From Eledone cirrhosa (Eukaryota): 64,000 nucleotides of DNA. A program made the position numbers and the translations under genes. Position 1 is the first letter of the stretch; the number at the start of each line of letters is the position of its first letter. The DNA is taken from positions 374,108,001 to 374,172,000 of the forward strand of contig OZ024740.1 in assembly GCA_964016885.1 (NCBI GenBank). The letters are read 5' to 3'. Shown here one piece after another: positions 48,227-61,950 of this stretch. Under the pieces are notes generated by a model. That model searched no databases, was not told the origin of the DNA, and was given only the letters and a program-made list of their open reading frames with translations.

Positions 48227-50416
48227 GATTTCTTTATTAACCACAAGGGTTTACATAAAGTAGACATTAAGGACAGTGCAGGACAATACAGGACGGTACA
48301 AATGGGCATTTCTGCGTGTAAAAAACAAAAAGGATGTAACAAAAAATAACAATGAAAAATTCCCCAATAGGGGGGAGACTTCGGAGGGAAATTTGTGGAG
48401 AAAGCCCAGTAAAAGGCCACAATGACCCTGACTACCAAGGCAAGTGCCCTCTCCCAGTTTTTCACCTTTAATATACAGATATAGACTCAGAGTAGGCCCG
48501 TTCACTCGGGCCATTCTTGCTTCTCTCACCCATCTTTCAACAAAATGCTGGGAAGAGAGCACTTCCCTCTCTACTCTGAGTTTCCTTTTCAAATGAAATT
48601 TGAAAAAGTCAATCAGAGCATCACCGAAGAGGTAAGTGCTCGTCTTCAGCCCTTTCAAACGTGTCCACCATACTATCTCTTTCGCCATGGCCACCAGACA
48701 GGTAAAAACTGCCTGCCCTTCCTGGCTAAAGGAGGAGGGCGGGGCAATCCTCACGATGGACACAGATGATAGCCGGATCCGTCCTAAACGCGACAGCAGG
48801 TGTTCGATATAAACCCACAAGTCAGCAATTTTCGGACACTGGACGAGTACGTGCAGGACGGTTTCATCGCCCTTCGCGCATCTCGGACATGCCCGGCTGA
48901 CGGCACCTCCATGCCTGTACATTTTTTCCCGAACTGGCAAGTCTCCTCGGTAGCACTGCCAGGCCAGAGATTTCTGGAAGTTGTCCATAGGCCCTGGCCC
49001 GAAAGTTCTTCCGAAGAGATTGACTAGTTGATTTTCGTCGACGCCTAGAGTTTCCCCAAGCACATCGTCGCTCTTCCCCTCCACTAATCCTCTATAGAAC
49101 ACCGAGGTGGAGTTTCCACCGATCACATTGCCCGATTGGTCGAGGGCTGTGAGCGCCTGAAGAAATTCCAGTATCCAGGCGCTCCCTCTCGGTCTTCGCT
49201 TGACCCAGGACTGCAGCTCCGTCAAGAAAACGAGCTGGGGAAATACGTATCTAGCAAACGGCGACCACACCTGATCACCGTCGAGGAAGAGGTGGAGATG
49301 TCGTAGCCTGAGCGCGTATCTGCGCATCATCAGCCACGGCATGCCCAGCCCTCCACGTAGCGGGTGTTGACAACAGATGGACCGCCTGACCATCGGAGCG
49401 CGTCCCTTCCACAAAAAGCGAAAGAGCAAACGCTCCAGCGTAGTCAGGCGAGGCTTAGGACAAGGTACGACGGTCAGGCGGTAGCAGATAACAGACGCGA
49501 TGTTTGCGTTAGCCACCTTCGCTCGACCTTTCAGGGATAGCTTCCTCTCCGCCCATTTCTGGGTGAGAGAAGCCACCCTGCTCGTCACCTCGTCCCAGTT
49601 TTTGTCCGTCTGGAGGTCCGGACCGAACCAGACCCCCTAGCAATTTAACCGGTCCGTCCGTCCAGCGTCCGACGACGCTGTTGGACGGCATAGACCTGCC
49701 TCTCCAGGTGCCGAGCTGCAGTCCCACTGACTTTTCCTGGTTGATCATTGCTCCTGTCACCGCTTCGTATTCTCTTCGTGTAGTGCCGATCGCCTCGATG
49801 TGTTTGGCGTTCGACACCACTACGGTGAGATCGTCCGCATATGCTGAAACGGATCTTCCGCATCCTAGTTCGCGCGGGACGCCCCTCAACGTCTCCAGTT
49901 TGTGCAGTAATGGCTCGAGAGTCAATACGTACAAGAGGGACGAGAGGGGACATCCTTGGCGGATCCAGCGCATGATGTTGAACGGTTCCGACAGGTGACC
50001 GTTCACTCTCACCACAGAGCAGATGTCGCTGTGCATGGCAGCGATCCAACCTCTGAAGACGGGCCCAAAGCCAACTGCCCTCAGGACTGCCGCTAGGTAA
50101 CGATGGTCGACCCTATCGAAAGCTTTCGACTGATCTAAATTGATCAAGGACCCACCCGTGCCAGGTTCCCTAGCTACCCTCTCTACGATGTATCGCATGA
50201 GGTGGAGGTTGTCATGGATGGATCTGTCGGGAATGGCGCATGTCTGCGCCTCTCCCACCAGACCACCAACGACAAGCGCCAACCTCTTTGCTAGCACCTT
50301 GGCCAACATCATGAACTCTGTGTTTAGCAGAATTATGGACCGGAAATTATCTATATTATCCCCCTTGTTCGGATCCTTTCTCAGCAGTGCCACCGCTCCT
50401 CGGCTCACAGAACTGG
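48227..50416 (-). mobile_element. Tx1 copy B, 5'-truncated in RT, frameshifted
   Basis: DQSKAFDRV, QGCPLS, YADD, CPRC..H..C; shares AAT tract 48206-48226 with Dong B. Confidence 0.9.
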
Positions 50417-50426
50417 TAATTCTAAT

Positions 50427-50592
50427 AATCTTGTGGAACTTTAGCATCCAAACAGACCGAAAAATGGATGCAAATAGACCTGATATAATATTGAAGGACT
50501 TTAAAAAGAGGGTATGCCTGCTAATTGATATGTCCGTTCCAATAGACAAGAATGTATCTATAAAAACATTTGAAAAATTGAGCAAGTATAAG
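50427..50592 (+). mobile_element. Dong family 2 internal RLE fragment
   Basis: ILWNFSIQTDRK.DANRPDII..EKLSKY, near-identical to 33706-33871. Confidence 0.88.
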
Positions 50593-50594
50593 AA

Positions 50595-53200
50595 AACCAT
50601 AGAGACATCAAGAAAAACATCACAGACGGAACAGGACGGTTCGATGTGTGTTTTGTGCGTGTAAATGTGTTTATTATTTATATAAGAAAAGAAAAAAGAC
50701 ATAAAACATATATATATATAATAACAATAAAATGGAAATTGAAACAATGAAAAATTCCCCAATAGGGGGGAAACCTCCGAGGGTTACTCGTGGCGAAAAC
50801 CACACAAAAGACCGGGGCCACCCTGACCACCAGGGCAAGCGCCCTCTCTCAATTTTTCCATCTATCATACTATAGACGTATATTCGGACCATTCTCGCTA
50901 CATTCACCCACCTTTCAACAAACTTGCTAGAAAGCAGCACTTGCCTCTCCACCCTGATTTTTCTCTTCAAGTGAAACTTGAAAAAGTTAATCAGGGATTC
51001 GCCGAAGAGGAAAGTGTTTGTCTTTAATCCTTTTAACCTTGTGCACCACACAATCTCTTTCGCCATGGCCACCAGGCAGATGAAAACCGCCTGTACTTCC
51101 TCCTCAAAGGAAGACGGCGAAACCATCTGCACAATGGACTCAGTCGACAACCGGATCAGTCCCACATCTGACAGCAACTGTTCGACATAGCTCCACAAGT
51201 CAGCAATGCTCGGGCACTGAACTTGTGCGTGCACAACGGTTTCGTCGCTATGCGCGCATCTCGGACAGGCTCGGCTGACGGCACTTCCATGCCTGTAGAG
51301 CTTATCTCGAACCGGCAGCGCTCCCCGGTAGCACTGCCAGGCCAGGGATTTTTGGAAGTTATCCATAGGCCACGGGCTGAAAGTCCTCCGGAAGAGAGCA
51401 AGCAGCTGATCTTCTTCGACGCCCAGGATCTCTCCGAGAACGTCGTTGCTCTTCCCCTCCACTAGTACTCTATAGAACTCCGAGGTGGATGTTTCACCGA
51501 TATTGGTGCCCAACTGGGAGAGGGCAGTGAGCGCCTGGAGACATTCCAGTTACCAAGCGCTAACCTGGAGCAAGGGACGACGGCGAGGCGGTAGCAGATG
51601 ACGGATGCGATGTACGCATTCGCCACTTCCGCACGGCCTTTCAGGGATAGCTTCCTCTCAGCCCATGTCTGGGTGAGGGAGGCCACCCTGCTCGTCACCT
51701 CGTTCCAGTTTTTCTCCATCTGGAGGTCCGGTCCGAACCAGACCCCGAGCAATTTAACCGGTCCGTCCGTCCAACGCCCCACGACGCTGTCGGACGGCAT
51801 GAACTTGCTTCACCAGGTACCTAGCTGCAAGACAACCGACTTTTCCTGGTTTATCTTTGCTCATGTCACCGTTTCGTATTCCTTGAGAGCGGTGCCGAGC
51901 ATCTGGACGTGTCTGGTGCTCGACACCACCACGGTGACGTCGTCAGCGTAAGCCGACTCGGATTTCCAGCATCCTAGTTTGCGTGGGACGCCCCTCATCG
52001 CCCCCAGTTTGTGCAGTAACGGCTCGAGAGCCAATACGTACAAGAGGGACGAGAGGGGACAACCCTGGCGGACTTAGCGCATGATGCTGAACGGCTGAGA
52101 CAGGTGACCGTTCACCCTCACAACTGAGCAGATGTCGCTGTATATTGCTGCGATCCAACGCCTGAAAACGGGCCCGAAACCAGCTGCTTCGAGGACCGCC
52201 GCCAGGTACCGATGGTCGACCCTATCGAATGCTTTGGATTGATCCAAGTTGATCAGGGCCCCACCCTTGCCAGGTTCCTTAACCACCCTCTCTATGATGT
52301 ATCGCATGAGGTGGAGGTTGTCGTGTATGGATCTGTCTGGGATGGCGCATGTCTGCAACTCTCCCACCAGACACTTGACGACAAGCGCCAACCTCGTTGC
52401 TAACACCTTGGCCAAAATCTTGAACTCTGCGTTTAGCAGAGTTATGGGCCTGAAATTATCAATAACCTCCCCCTTGTTCGGGTCTTTTCGCAGCAGCGCC
52501 ACTGCTCCCCGGCTCACAAAACTGGGATGCTCCCGTCCTGCTGTCAGTTGCAGTAGACGTCTGCCAAGAGGTCACCGAATAAGTCTGGCATAAATGCATA
52601 AAGCTCGTAGGGCAGATCATCTAAACCTGGCGATTTACCTCTTGTGCAGTTAGCCATCGCTTCCCGTATTTCACCGGCTGTTATCGGCTTTTCGCAACAC
52701 TGTGCTGCGGTCGTTGAGAGCCGAGGCAGGCCGTCGAGGTATGCACTGAAGTCCATGCGCCGATCCGGGCTGCCGCCGCTCCCGAACAGTTCAGCAAAGT
52801 TCTGATGAAAAGCTTCACACATCCGCTCGCGTTCGAGCATCACGCACCCGTTTTGGTCAGACAAAGACCGAATTGTGGTTTATTGCCACGTCGCGCCTCT
52901 GCCACCCGGGCCCATTGGACGGCTTTTGTCCCCTCGTGTTTCAGAGCACGTGCTCTAGCTCTGACAACGCAGCCTTCGTGTTTTGCGTTGAAGAATTGGT
53001 CGAGTGCCAATCTCGCCGCAAGCACGTCGGTTGCGATGCCTGTCTTAAACGCCTCTTCTAGCTTTCTGACTAGCTCAACCTCTACTCTATTTTCCTCTAT
53101 CACTACTCCTTTGCTAATCCTAATCGACTCTACTTTAATTGCCCTTTTCAGGGCGAACCACCACTTGTTGTTGTCGACCATTTCTCTTTTTTGGTACACT
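50595..53200 (-). mobile_element. Tx1 copy C (third subfamily), decayed, lacking tail
   Basis: Several frameshifted ORF2 pieces; internal deletion near 51548; 3'UTR motifs shared with copy B. Confidence 0.85.
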
Positions 53201-53518
53201 CGGCCGACTAACTCACTCGATATGCAAATTAGGCTACTAAGCCGTTAATATGCATAAGGAAAGTATATACTTTCAACCTTTCAATCGATTGACAGGAAGG
53301 TATAGGGTGCTGATGACAGCTAATAAGTTTGAAACTAGTTCATCGTTCTTTAGTCAGTGTTGATCTGTACGGCTACTAATTCGGGCTGTTTGGTTACACA
53401 ACAATCGAGCATTATTAATAGATGTTCGGTAAACCCATATGTACATATATATATGTGTGCATGTATGTATGTGTGTATATACATACTAGTGTACGTCTGT
53501 ATATATATATGTATGTAC

Positions 53519-53914
53519 CAGGGGCGAAGTGTCCGTGCATGCAACGCATGCCGTGCATGCGTTATAGAAACTTGAGTTGATCAATTTCATTGGTTGAAGC
53601 AAGCAGAATGTTGGCTGCTTACTAAAACGTATAGAAACAAAACAAGATAACACACACACACACATACACACAAACACATACACAGAAACACACGACAGCC
53701 TTGGGGCAAGCATCATCTTGACTGGTTACATAATCGTAGACACATAAAAAGATAATACACACACACACACACTAGATAACATTACATGCGACTTTAACCG
53801 GGAGGGTCATTTAGAGGGAATTATGGGGGTGGAGGGTGTAAGGCTGCACCGCCCGACTTTCCGCCATATCGATTGGACTGCATGCCCTGCTTTCTAGGTT
53901 ACCCTTCGCCACTG
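53519..53914. mobile_element. hAT-type MITE
   Basis: TIR CAGGGGCGAAG / CTTCGCCACTG (10/11); flanks GTATGTAC / GTATGTAT (7/8, 8-bp TSD). Confidence 0.65.
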
Positions 53915-54073
53915 GTATGTATGTATACATACTTTATATATATATATATATATATATAAGAACGAGTAGGACCCCGAGGGGTACTACTCGTTCTTATTAC
54001 CTACTCTACCAACCTAATTATTGAGTACTTTGGTGCGTTATAGTCCACCTGGTTCCTTACCACATTTCCTTCG

Positions 54074-54314
<241 letters not shown>

Positions 54315-54429
54315 ATAGTAATGAATATATTCTTGATAATGAATATAATGTCGATGCTGGTGATCTTTGTGAGATATGGGATGAAGCTAACGACGACAAT
54401 GAATATAATGCTGATTGTGAGGATCATCA

Positions 54430-54987
54430 TCTACTTATATATATAACCAGCAATTTCTCTGTCTGTCTGTCCGACGGTGGAAACACGTGCGTAGAGAGAG
54501 AGAGTGAGAGTGAAAGAAAGAGTCAGACTACGAGAGGGGGATAGTGGGAGGGTGAGAGGGAGAGAGAGAGAGAGTGAATAGACGCTAAAACATGTGCTAC
54601 ATAATCATTACCTTCCCCTCTCCACTGACTTTGGTCACCGAGGCCGAGAGAATCGCGCTGAGCGCGTCATAATGACGTAATGCAGACATCAGACATACAG
54701 ACAGATATTATAAGGGCGCAACGTTATATTTATGTATCTATCTAAAAAGAAAGACTAAGAATTATATAGAGAGAATGCTAAATCGCCTAATGCTGTCCCT
54801 AGGGCATTGAAAATTTGAAATAATCTTTGCTCAAATCATTCACAGGACCATAAGTATTACATGTCTAAAGTTTGAAAAAAATCGGTTGGATGGTGTTCAA
54901 GTTTTAGTGAGCTGACAGACAGACAGACATTATCTGTTTTAGATATATAGACTAGCTGAAAACCGCCAACGGGTGGTTTTCTGCTAG
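54430..54987 (+). mobile_element. Non-autonomous Helitron-like element
   Basis: 5' TCTACTTATAT, (CTGT)n, 3' hairpin AAAACCGCC..GGTGGTTTT then CTAG; inserted A|T in an ATC run without TSD. Confidence 0.65.
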
Positions 54988-55423
54988 TCATCATTATATT
55001 AGTTGGTGTTCTTGATGGATTAAGTGTCTGATGTGTTCTCACCTGAATTTGACAGATTTTTTTTTCGAGCTGTCTGTCGTTGTCGTCTACGTATTTGCTG
55101 AGCTTATTATTGCTCTTTATTTTTCCTAATTATCAATATTTCAAAGATAATTTTTCAAAATCATTCTTTTTAAACTAGTAATGTTAAGCCGGTGTATGAC
55201 ATATTGGAATCCCAGATTAAATGCATTACGCTATTTAATTTGCTTTTCTAAGGACCAAAAATGCTGACGGAGTTCAATTTTATGTTCCGCCACTCTGGAA
55301 TCGATCGATAAAATAAGTAGCAGTCAATTGCTGGACACCAATTAATCAACTATTCCTTTCCACCATAATTTGTGGTCACATGTCATTTTAAAGAATTATA
55401 ATTGCATTATTATTATGACTTCT

Positions 55424-55546
55424 GATCTGAGTTCAAGTCCTGCCGAGGTTAACTTTGCGTTTCATCCTTACGGGGTCGATAAAATAAAGTACCAGTTATG
55501 CACTGGTTAATTGCTGGTCTTGTGCCAAAAGTAGAAACAATTATTA
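55424..55546 (+). mobile_element. S1 SINE, 5'-truncated
   Basis: B box GAGTTCAAGTCC, core, TGTGCCAAAAGTAGAAACAATT end. Confidence 0.85.
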
Positions 55547-55557
55547 TCATTACTATC

Positions 55558-55589
<32 letters not shown>

Positions 55590-55607
55590 CTTCTTCTTCT
55601 TCTTCTT

Positions 55608-55697
<90 letters not shown>

Positions 55698-55709
55698 GTT
55701 ATTGCTATT
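55547..55709. repeat. (CTT)n(ATT)n compound tract joining SINE and Dong tails
   Basis: Directly visible. Confidence 0.95.
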
Positions 55710-58700
55710 CCTTGAATCTCAGTCATTGATGTTGGTTAACTGGAAAGTCCGTTGGATTGAATATCAAGCCACTACCTGCAGCCTCAGATATTCAGGACGT
55801 ATCGGAGGGTTCTTGCTGTTCCAAGCAAGCATGCCTTTTGAAGCGTTCCAAAAAGCGTGAAGGGGCCGATTTTCTTTAACCATCCCTGGAAACCTTTGGA
55901 GATAGTCCCCAGTGCGCCTATGACAATCGGGATCACTTTGACTTCATGGCAGTTCCAAATCCTTTTCACCTCCCACTTTAGGTCCTGGTATCGGTTAATT
56001 TTCTCCCTCTCCTTCTCTTGCACTCTCGTGTCGAACGGGCAGGCCACATCCACAATCAGGCACGATCTTTTTTCTTTGTCCACAACCACCAGGTCAGGTC
56101 TATTGTGTTCCAGTTTTTTGTCCGTCTGTATCCTAAAATCCCACAGCACCTTCACCTGATTGTTCTCCATCACCGCCTCTGGCCTATGCTCATACCATTT
56201 CTCAGAATGTGGTAGATTGTTTACTTTGCACAGGTGCCAGTGGATCACCCTGCCCATCACATCGTGTCTCCAGCCCTTATAGTGGGTCTGGGCTAGGTGT
56301 TTACACTCGGACACAATGTGAGCCACAGTCTCCTCTCTCTCTCCACAGATCCTGCACAGTGGGCTAGCCTCCTCCTTGTAGATATGGTGCTTCAACCACT
56401 TCGTTTTGAGGGCCTGCTCCTGCGCAGCCATTAGCATTCCTTCTGTAGCCTTTTTGAGGTCTCCTCTTCTCAACCAGTTCCATGTCTGTGGATCTCTAAA
56501 TTCAGTTTTCTCAAAGAAGGTACTATGAAGGGATTTTCCCTTAAGGCTGCTCTTCCTCCTTGATGTTACTTCCTCCTTGGATATCCCCTGGCCTACTGTC
56601 CCCTCCTTCAGTACAGCTCTGAGCATTGGCTCCTTACTATAGGTCACGTATTTGTATAGGTTGTTTTTCTCCATCTGAACACAGTCCTCTATGCTGATAA
56701 GACCTCTTCCACCCTCAGATCTCCTTAGGTAGAGTCTATCGACATCACTCCTCTTGTGGAACATGTTGTAGATAGTCAATAGCTTCCTAGTCTTCCTATC
56801 CATTTCTTTTTGTTCAGCAACATTCCATCTCAGAATTCCCGAACTGTACCTAATAATAGACACAGCTCGGGAATTTACTGCGCTTATGGCATTTCTGCTG
56901 TTCAGATGTGACTTCAATACGCTCCTTACTCTCCGAATGTATTCAGTTCTTAACAATTCCTTCATTTTTTTGTTCTTTATGCCATCAGCCTCCAGAACGC
57001 CCAAATACTTGTATCCTTCCTCAGAGTCAATTTCCTTTATCATCTCACCTGTTGGTATCTGGATCCCGTTACTTCTGCTCAACCTACCCCTCTTCATCAC
57101 AATGACTCCACATTTACCAATACCAAACTGCATACATATATCACTGCTGAAAATACGGACAGTGTCAACAAGCACATCCAACTCCTTCTCACTTTTCCCG
57201 AAGAGCTTAAGATCGTCCATGAAGAGGAGGTGATTGATGGTAAGCTCTCCCCTTCCCAACTTGTATCCTGCTCTCACTTTTCGCAGCATAATCGTCAAGG
57301 GCATCAGGGCAAGGACAAACAACAGAGGGGACAGGCTATCTCCCTGGAAGATACCTCTCTTGATCTTCACGCTTCCCAAGGATACTCCAGTTGATGTCAA
57401 CTCTGTCTCCCAGGACCCCATACTCCTGCCCAGCAACTGTCTGATGTTATCTGCCACCCTGAAGATCTCCAGGCTTTTGGTGATCCAGGAATGAGGCACC
57501 ATGTCAAATGCCTTTCTGTAGTCTATCCATCCCATGGCAAGATCAGTGTGTCTCCTCCTGCAATTCCCCATTACCATCTTATCAACAAGCAACTGGTCCT
57601 TTGTACCACGTGACTTCTTTCGGCATCCTTTCTGTTCGTCCGGTAACAAGTTGTTTGTGTGGAGGTGATGGTAGATTTCCTCAGACACAATGCTCGTCAA
57701 CAGTTTCCACATTACGGGCAGACATGTGATAGGTCTATAGTTGGTAACATCATTACCCTTGATTCGGTCTTTCATTATCAGAACTGTGGTACCTTTTGTC
57801 AACCACTCTGGCACCTCACCCGACACCAAGCAGTCATTGAACATGGCCGTCAGCTTCGGGTGGAGGGATGTTAAATGTTTAATCCAATACCCCTGCACAC
57901 CATCTGGGCCTGGTGATTTCCAGTTGGTTAGTTTTTTGGCTTGCCCCTTAAGAGTTTCAACTGTGATACTCAAATAAGTCTGTTGTTGTGCCTGCTCACC
58001 GATCTCCCTCTGTACTGTCTCAATCCACCCTGCCTGGGCATTGTGTCTAACATCCTACTCCCATATTCCTCTCCAGAATGTTTTAGCTTGTTCCGCCCCA
58101 GGGATCAAGTCGTTGCCTCTTTCTTTCCCCTCAAGCTGTCCAAACAGCATCTTCTGGTTGTTGTCGAACATGCGGTTCTGTTTATACTGACTGACTCTGT
58201 TCTCGTATCGCCTGATTTTGGCACTCTTTGCTACAATGCGTTGCTTCAATTCCTCTATGATAATATTTATCTTTTTACTCCTAGTTTTGTATTTTATTTC
58301 CAGTCTATTTTTAGTGCCTATGTTTTTTAGTGTCCCATTCAGTAGTGACTCAAGCTTTCCTATGTCATTTCTCATTTCCCCGGTTTGCCCACTCAGTCGC
58401 TTCTTCCACCACGGCTCTGCTCTTTCTTGTCTGTTGTTTCCTCTCGCTTTTATACCAAGTAGTTTCCTCACCGTATTTGCTGTTGATTTGAGGATATTGT
58501 TGCACTGGTGAAGACTCCTCGCCTCAAGGTATGGGATGACTTTGTTTACCTTAGCTGTTGTTTCTTTTAACTTTTTCCTGTCTACAAATCTTACGTTCAT
58601 AGGTCTCCCACTATCATTGTTCAACTCATCTACCACTAAATTTAGGATGTCAACCGAATCTTGTCCTAGCCCGTCAGCATTCATCTCCTCAGTGGCCGTA

Positions 58701-59292
58701 TCTCTGTTCCAGGTATTATTTATCTCAGTATTCAGATCATTGTCTGCTTCGGGTGGTTCCTCCGTTCTCAGGACCTCCTCACCTTCATTTCCCGCCGGCT
58801 CGCTTGTCTGGCATACTACACCCGCCATCTCCAAGCCATTCTCTCTGCTCAGTTCCTCCAGTTCCAGCTCGCTTATCCACCCATTAGTTCTTATTACCCG
58901 AGCCTGCCCGGCCAATTTTTGTTCATCTAATTTAAATAAACCAATCTCGTTCCAGATGTTATGCATCCGTCTCCTGTAGCCCCTCTCCTTGGGGTTACTT
59001 TTCAGGTAGCATTGCATAACAGTTCTATTCAATTCTTTCGTCCAGTTGGTTCTGGCCCCTTTCCTTCTTCTTCTTCCTCCAACATCAGCAGTATTTGGTT
59101 GACAGTCAGGTTCCTGCTGCTGAGCCAGGGGGCACCTGTTGGGTGAGAGTCTGTCACATGACGTTCTAGTCTCCATTTCACCGTTATTCGAACTGTTTAT
59201 GTTCGATATTTAAACACTCTTATCGAGGATTGGCGAATGTATGTTTACATAGCCATCTGTGGATCCGCCATCCCACTTGGCCCTTGTGTGGC
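55710..59292 (-). mobile_element. Dong/R4 family 1 copy C, near full length
   Basis: Reverse-complement near-copy of 44630-48205. Confidence 0.92.
55784..59176 (-). pseudogene. Dong ORF (1130 codons) with one premature TAG at 58055-58057
   Basis: Same 3393-nt span as copy B; CAG in copies A and B. Confidence 0.9.
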
Positions 59293-59299
59293 ATTATCA

Positions 59300-60250
59300 C
59301 CACGCTGTATACGAACACACATAAACAAACAAACACACGGGCAGAAAGGGCCCCAAAAATGAATAAGCATAAGTTTCATTGTAATGTAGTATTCGAATGT
59401 CTGACTTAGTTTTTGTTTTTTAAGTTTATAACTTTTTCCCCCCTCTTCTCTGTCCGTCCGCCTGCTTCTCTCTTCATTCTTATTTTCTTTACGTTTTTGG
59501 GGTTTCTTTTTTGTTTTTGTTTTTCTCTGTTTGTTTTTCTCGTTTTTTGCTGTTGTTGCTGTGCTGCTTTGGTTTTGTTGTTTGTTTTTTCTTTTTTCTT
59601 TTGAGTCTATCTATATATTTTGATGCCTTCCTCTTTGTTAGTAGTAGGAATTCTATAATGTGAAAGTGGCAGCCAGCAGGGAGAAGTGGGAACTGGCGGC
59701 GTTGGCGATACTGAGACAGTGGTGGTGGTGATGTCGATACCGAGGCAGTGGTGGCGGTGATGCGACCGTATTACTGTAGTGATGGTGCTGTAGCGGTGGC
59801 AGCAGCAGTGAAGGAGTCAAGGGGTGGTGGCGGCGGTGATGGGATAGTGGTGGTAATGATGGCCGTAGTGAGCGGTGGCGGTGAGGGTGAAAATGCTGTT
59901 GTGTTTAGTGTACATAGATGATGGGGTGGGTGGTGTATCTAGTTTCTGGTGTTGGTGAGTTTAGCTGTCCTATATAGTGTAGCCAGAGGAGAGGAGGGGG
60001 GGGGGTTCTTCTTCCATTTATAGCCATTTTTTTTGGGGGGGGGGGGATATACAGTGTACAATACAAAGTTGAATATTTGAATATTTGAGCCTTATAACAA
60101 TATATTTTGGGTCCGAATTTTTTGGGGCTCAAGCCGGGTGCTTTACGTAACATTTGTACTAAGAGTTGTTATTTCACAAATGATTTAAATATGTTAAAAA
60201 TTCAAAACTTACGGGAGCGATTTCATGACCTCCGTCACCTCGTGCGTCTT
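59300..60250 (-). mobile_element. Possible 5' part (5'UTR plus decayed ORF1 start) of a Tx1-related element
   Basis: Minus TGACGGAGG..CTCCCGTAAG..AATTTTTAAC resembles 61963-62002; ATGGCTA start near 60027, then low-complexity sequence. Confidence 0.35.
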
Positions 60251-60262
60251 CTTCCCTTATTC

Positions 60263-60303
<41 letters not shown>

Positions 60304-60315
60304 GTTATTGTTATT

Positions 60316-61907
60316 CCTTGAATCTCAGTCATTGATGTTGGTTAACTGGAAAGTCCGTTGGATTGAATATCAAGCCACTACCTGCAGCCTCAGATATTCA
60401 GGACGTATCGGAGGGTTCTTGCTGTTCCAAGCAAGCATGTCTTTTGAAGCGTTCCAAAAAGCGTGAAGGGGCCGACTTTCTTTAACCATCCCTGGAAACC
60501 TTTGGAGATAGTCCCCAGTGCGCCTATGACAATCGGGATCACTTAGACTTCATGGCAGTTCCAAATCCTTTTCACCTCCCACTTTAGGTCCTGGTATCGG
60601 TTAATTTTCTCCCTCTCCTTCTCTTGCACTCTCGTGTCGAACGGGCAGGCCGCATCCACAATCAGGCACGATCTTTTTTCTTTGTCCACAACCACCAGGT
60701 CAGGTCTATTGTGTTCCAGATTTTTGTCCGTCTGTATCCTAAAATCCCACAGCACCTTCACCTGACTGTTCTCCATCACCGCCTCTGGCCTATGCTCATA
60801 CCATTTCTCAGAATGTGGTAGATTGTTTACTTTGCACAGGTGCCAGTGGATCACCCTGCCCATCACATCGTGTCTCCAGCACTTATAGTGGGTCTGGGCT
60901 AGGTGTTTACACTCGGACACAATGTGAGCCACAGTCTCCTCTCTCTCTCCACAGATCCTGCACAGTGGGCTAGCCTCCTCCTTGTAGATATGGTGCTTCA
61001 ACCACTTCGTTTTGAGGGCCTGCTCCTGCGCAGCCATTAGCATTCCTTCTGTAGCCTTTTTGAGGTCTCCTCTTCTCAACCAGTTCCATGTCTGTGGATC
61101 TCTAAATTCAGTTTTCTCAAAGAAGGTACTATGAAGGGATTTTCCATTAAGGCTGCTCTTCCTCCTTGATGTTATTTCCTCCTTGGATATCCCCTGGCCT
61201 ACTGTCCCCTCCTTCAGTACAGCTCTGAGCATTGGCTCCTTACTATAGGTCACGTATTTGTATAGGTTGTTTTTCTCCATCTGAACACAGTCCTCTATGC
61301 TGATAAGACCTCTTCCACCCTCAGATCTCCTTAGGTAGAGTCTATCGACATCACTCCTCTTGTGGAACATGTTGTAGATAGTCAATAGCTTCCTAGTCTT
61401 CCTATCCATTTCTTTTTGTTCAGCAACATTCCATCTCAGAATTCCCGCACTGTACCTAATAATAGACACAGCTCGGGAATTTACTGCGCTTATGGCATTT
61501 CTGCTGTTCAGATGTGACTTCAATACGCTCCTTACTCTCCGAATGCATTCAGTTCTTAACAATTCCTTCATTTTTTTGTTCTTTATGCCATCAGCCTCCA
61601 GAACGCCCAAATACTTGTATCCTTCCTCAGAGTCAATTTCCTTTATCATCTCACCTGTTGGTATCTGGATCCCGTTACTTCTGCTCAACCTACCCCTCTT
61701 CATCACAATGACTCCACATTTACCAATACCAAACTGCATACATATATCACTGCTGAAAATACGGACAGTGTCAACAAGCACATCCAACTCCTTCTCACGT
61801 TTCCCGAAGAGCTTAAGATCGTCCATGAAGAGGAGGTGATTGATGGTAAGCTCTCCCCTTCCCAACTTGTATCCTGCTCTCATTTTTCGCAGCATAATGG
61901 TCAAGGG

Positions 61908-61910
<3 letters not shown>
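60316..61910 (-). mobile_element. Dong family 1 copy D, 5'-truncated
   Basis: LLFMDD to RLE; TAA at 60543; TTA tracts at both ends. Confidence 0.92.

Positions 61911-61950
<40 letters not shown>

Noticed and set aside
50417-50762. N-terminal part of the 417-aa ORF 49509-50762
   Set aside because: Chance read-through of Tx1C 3'UTR and antisense Dong2 into Tx1B
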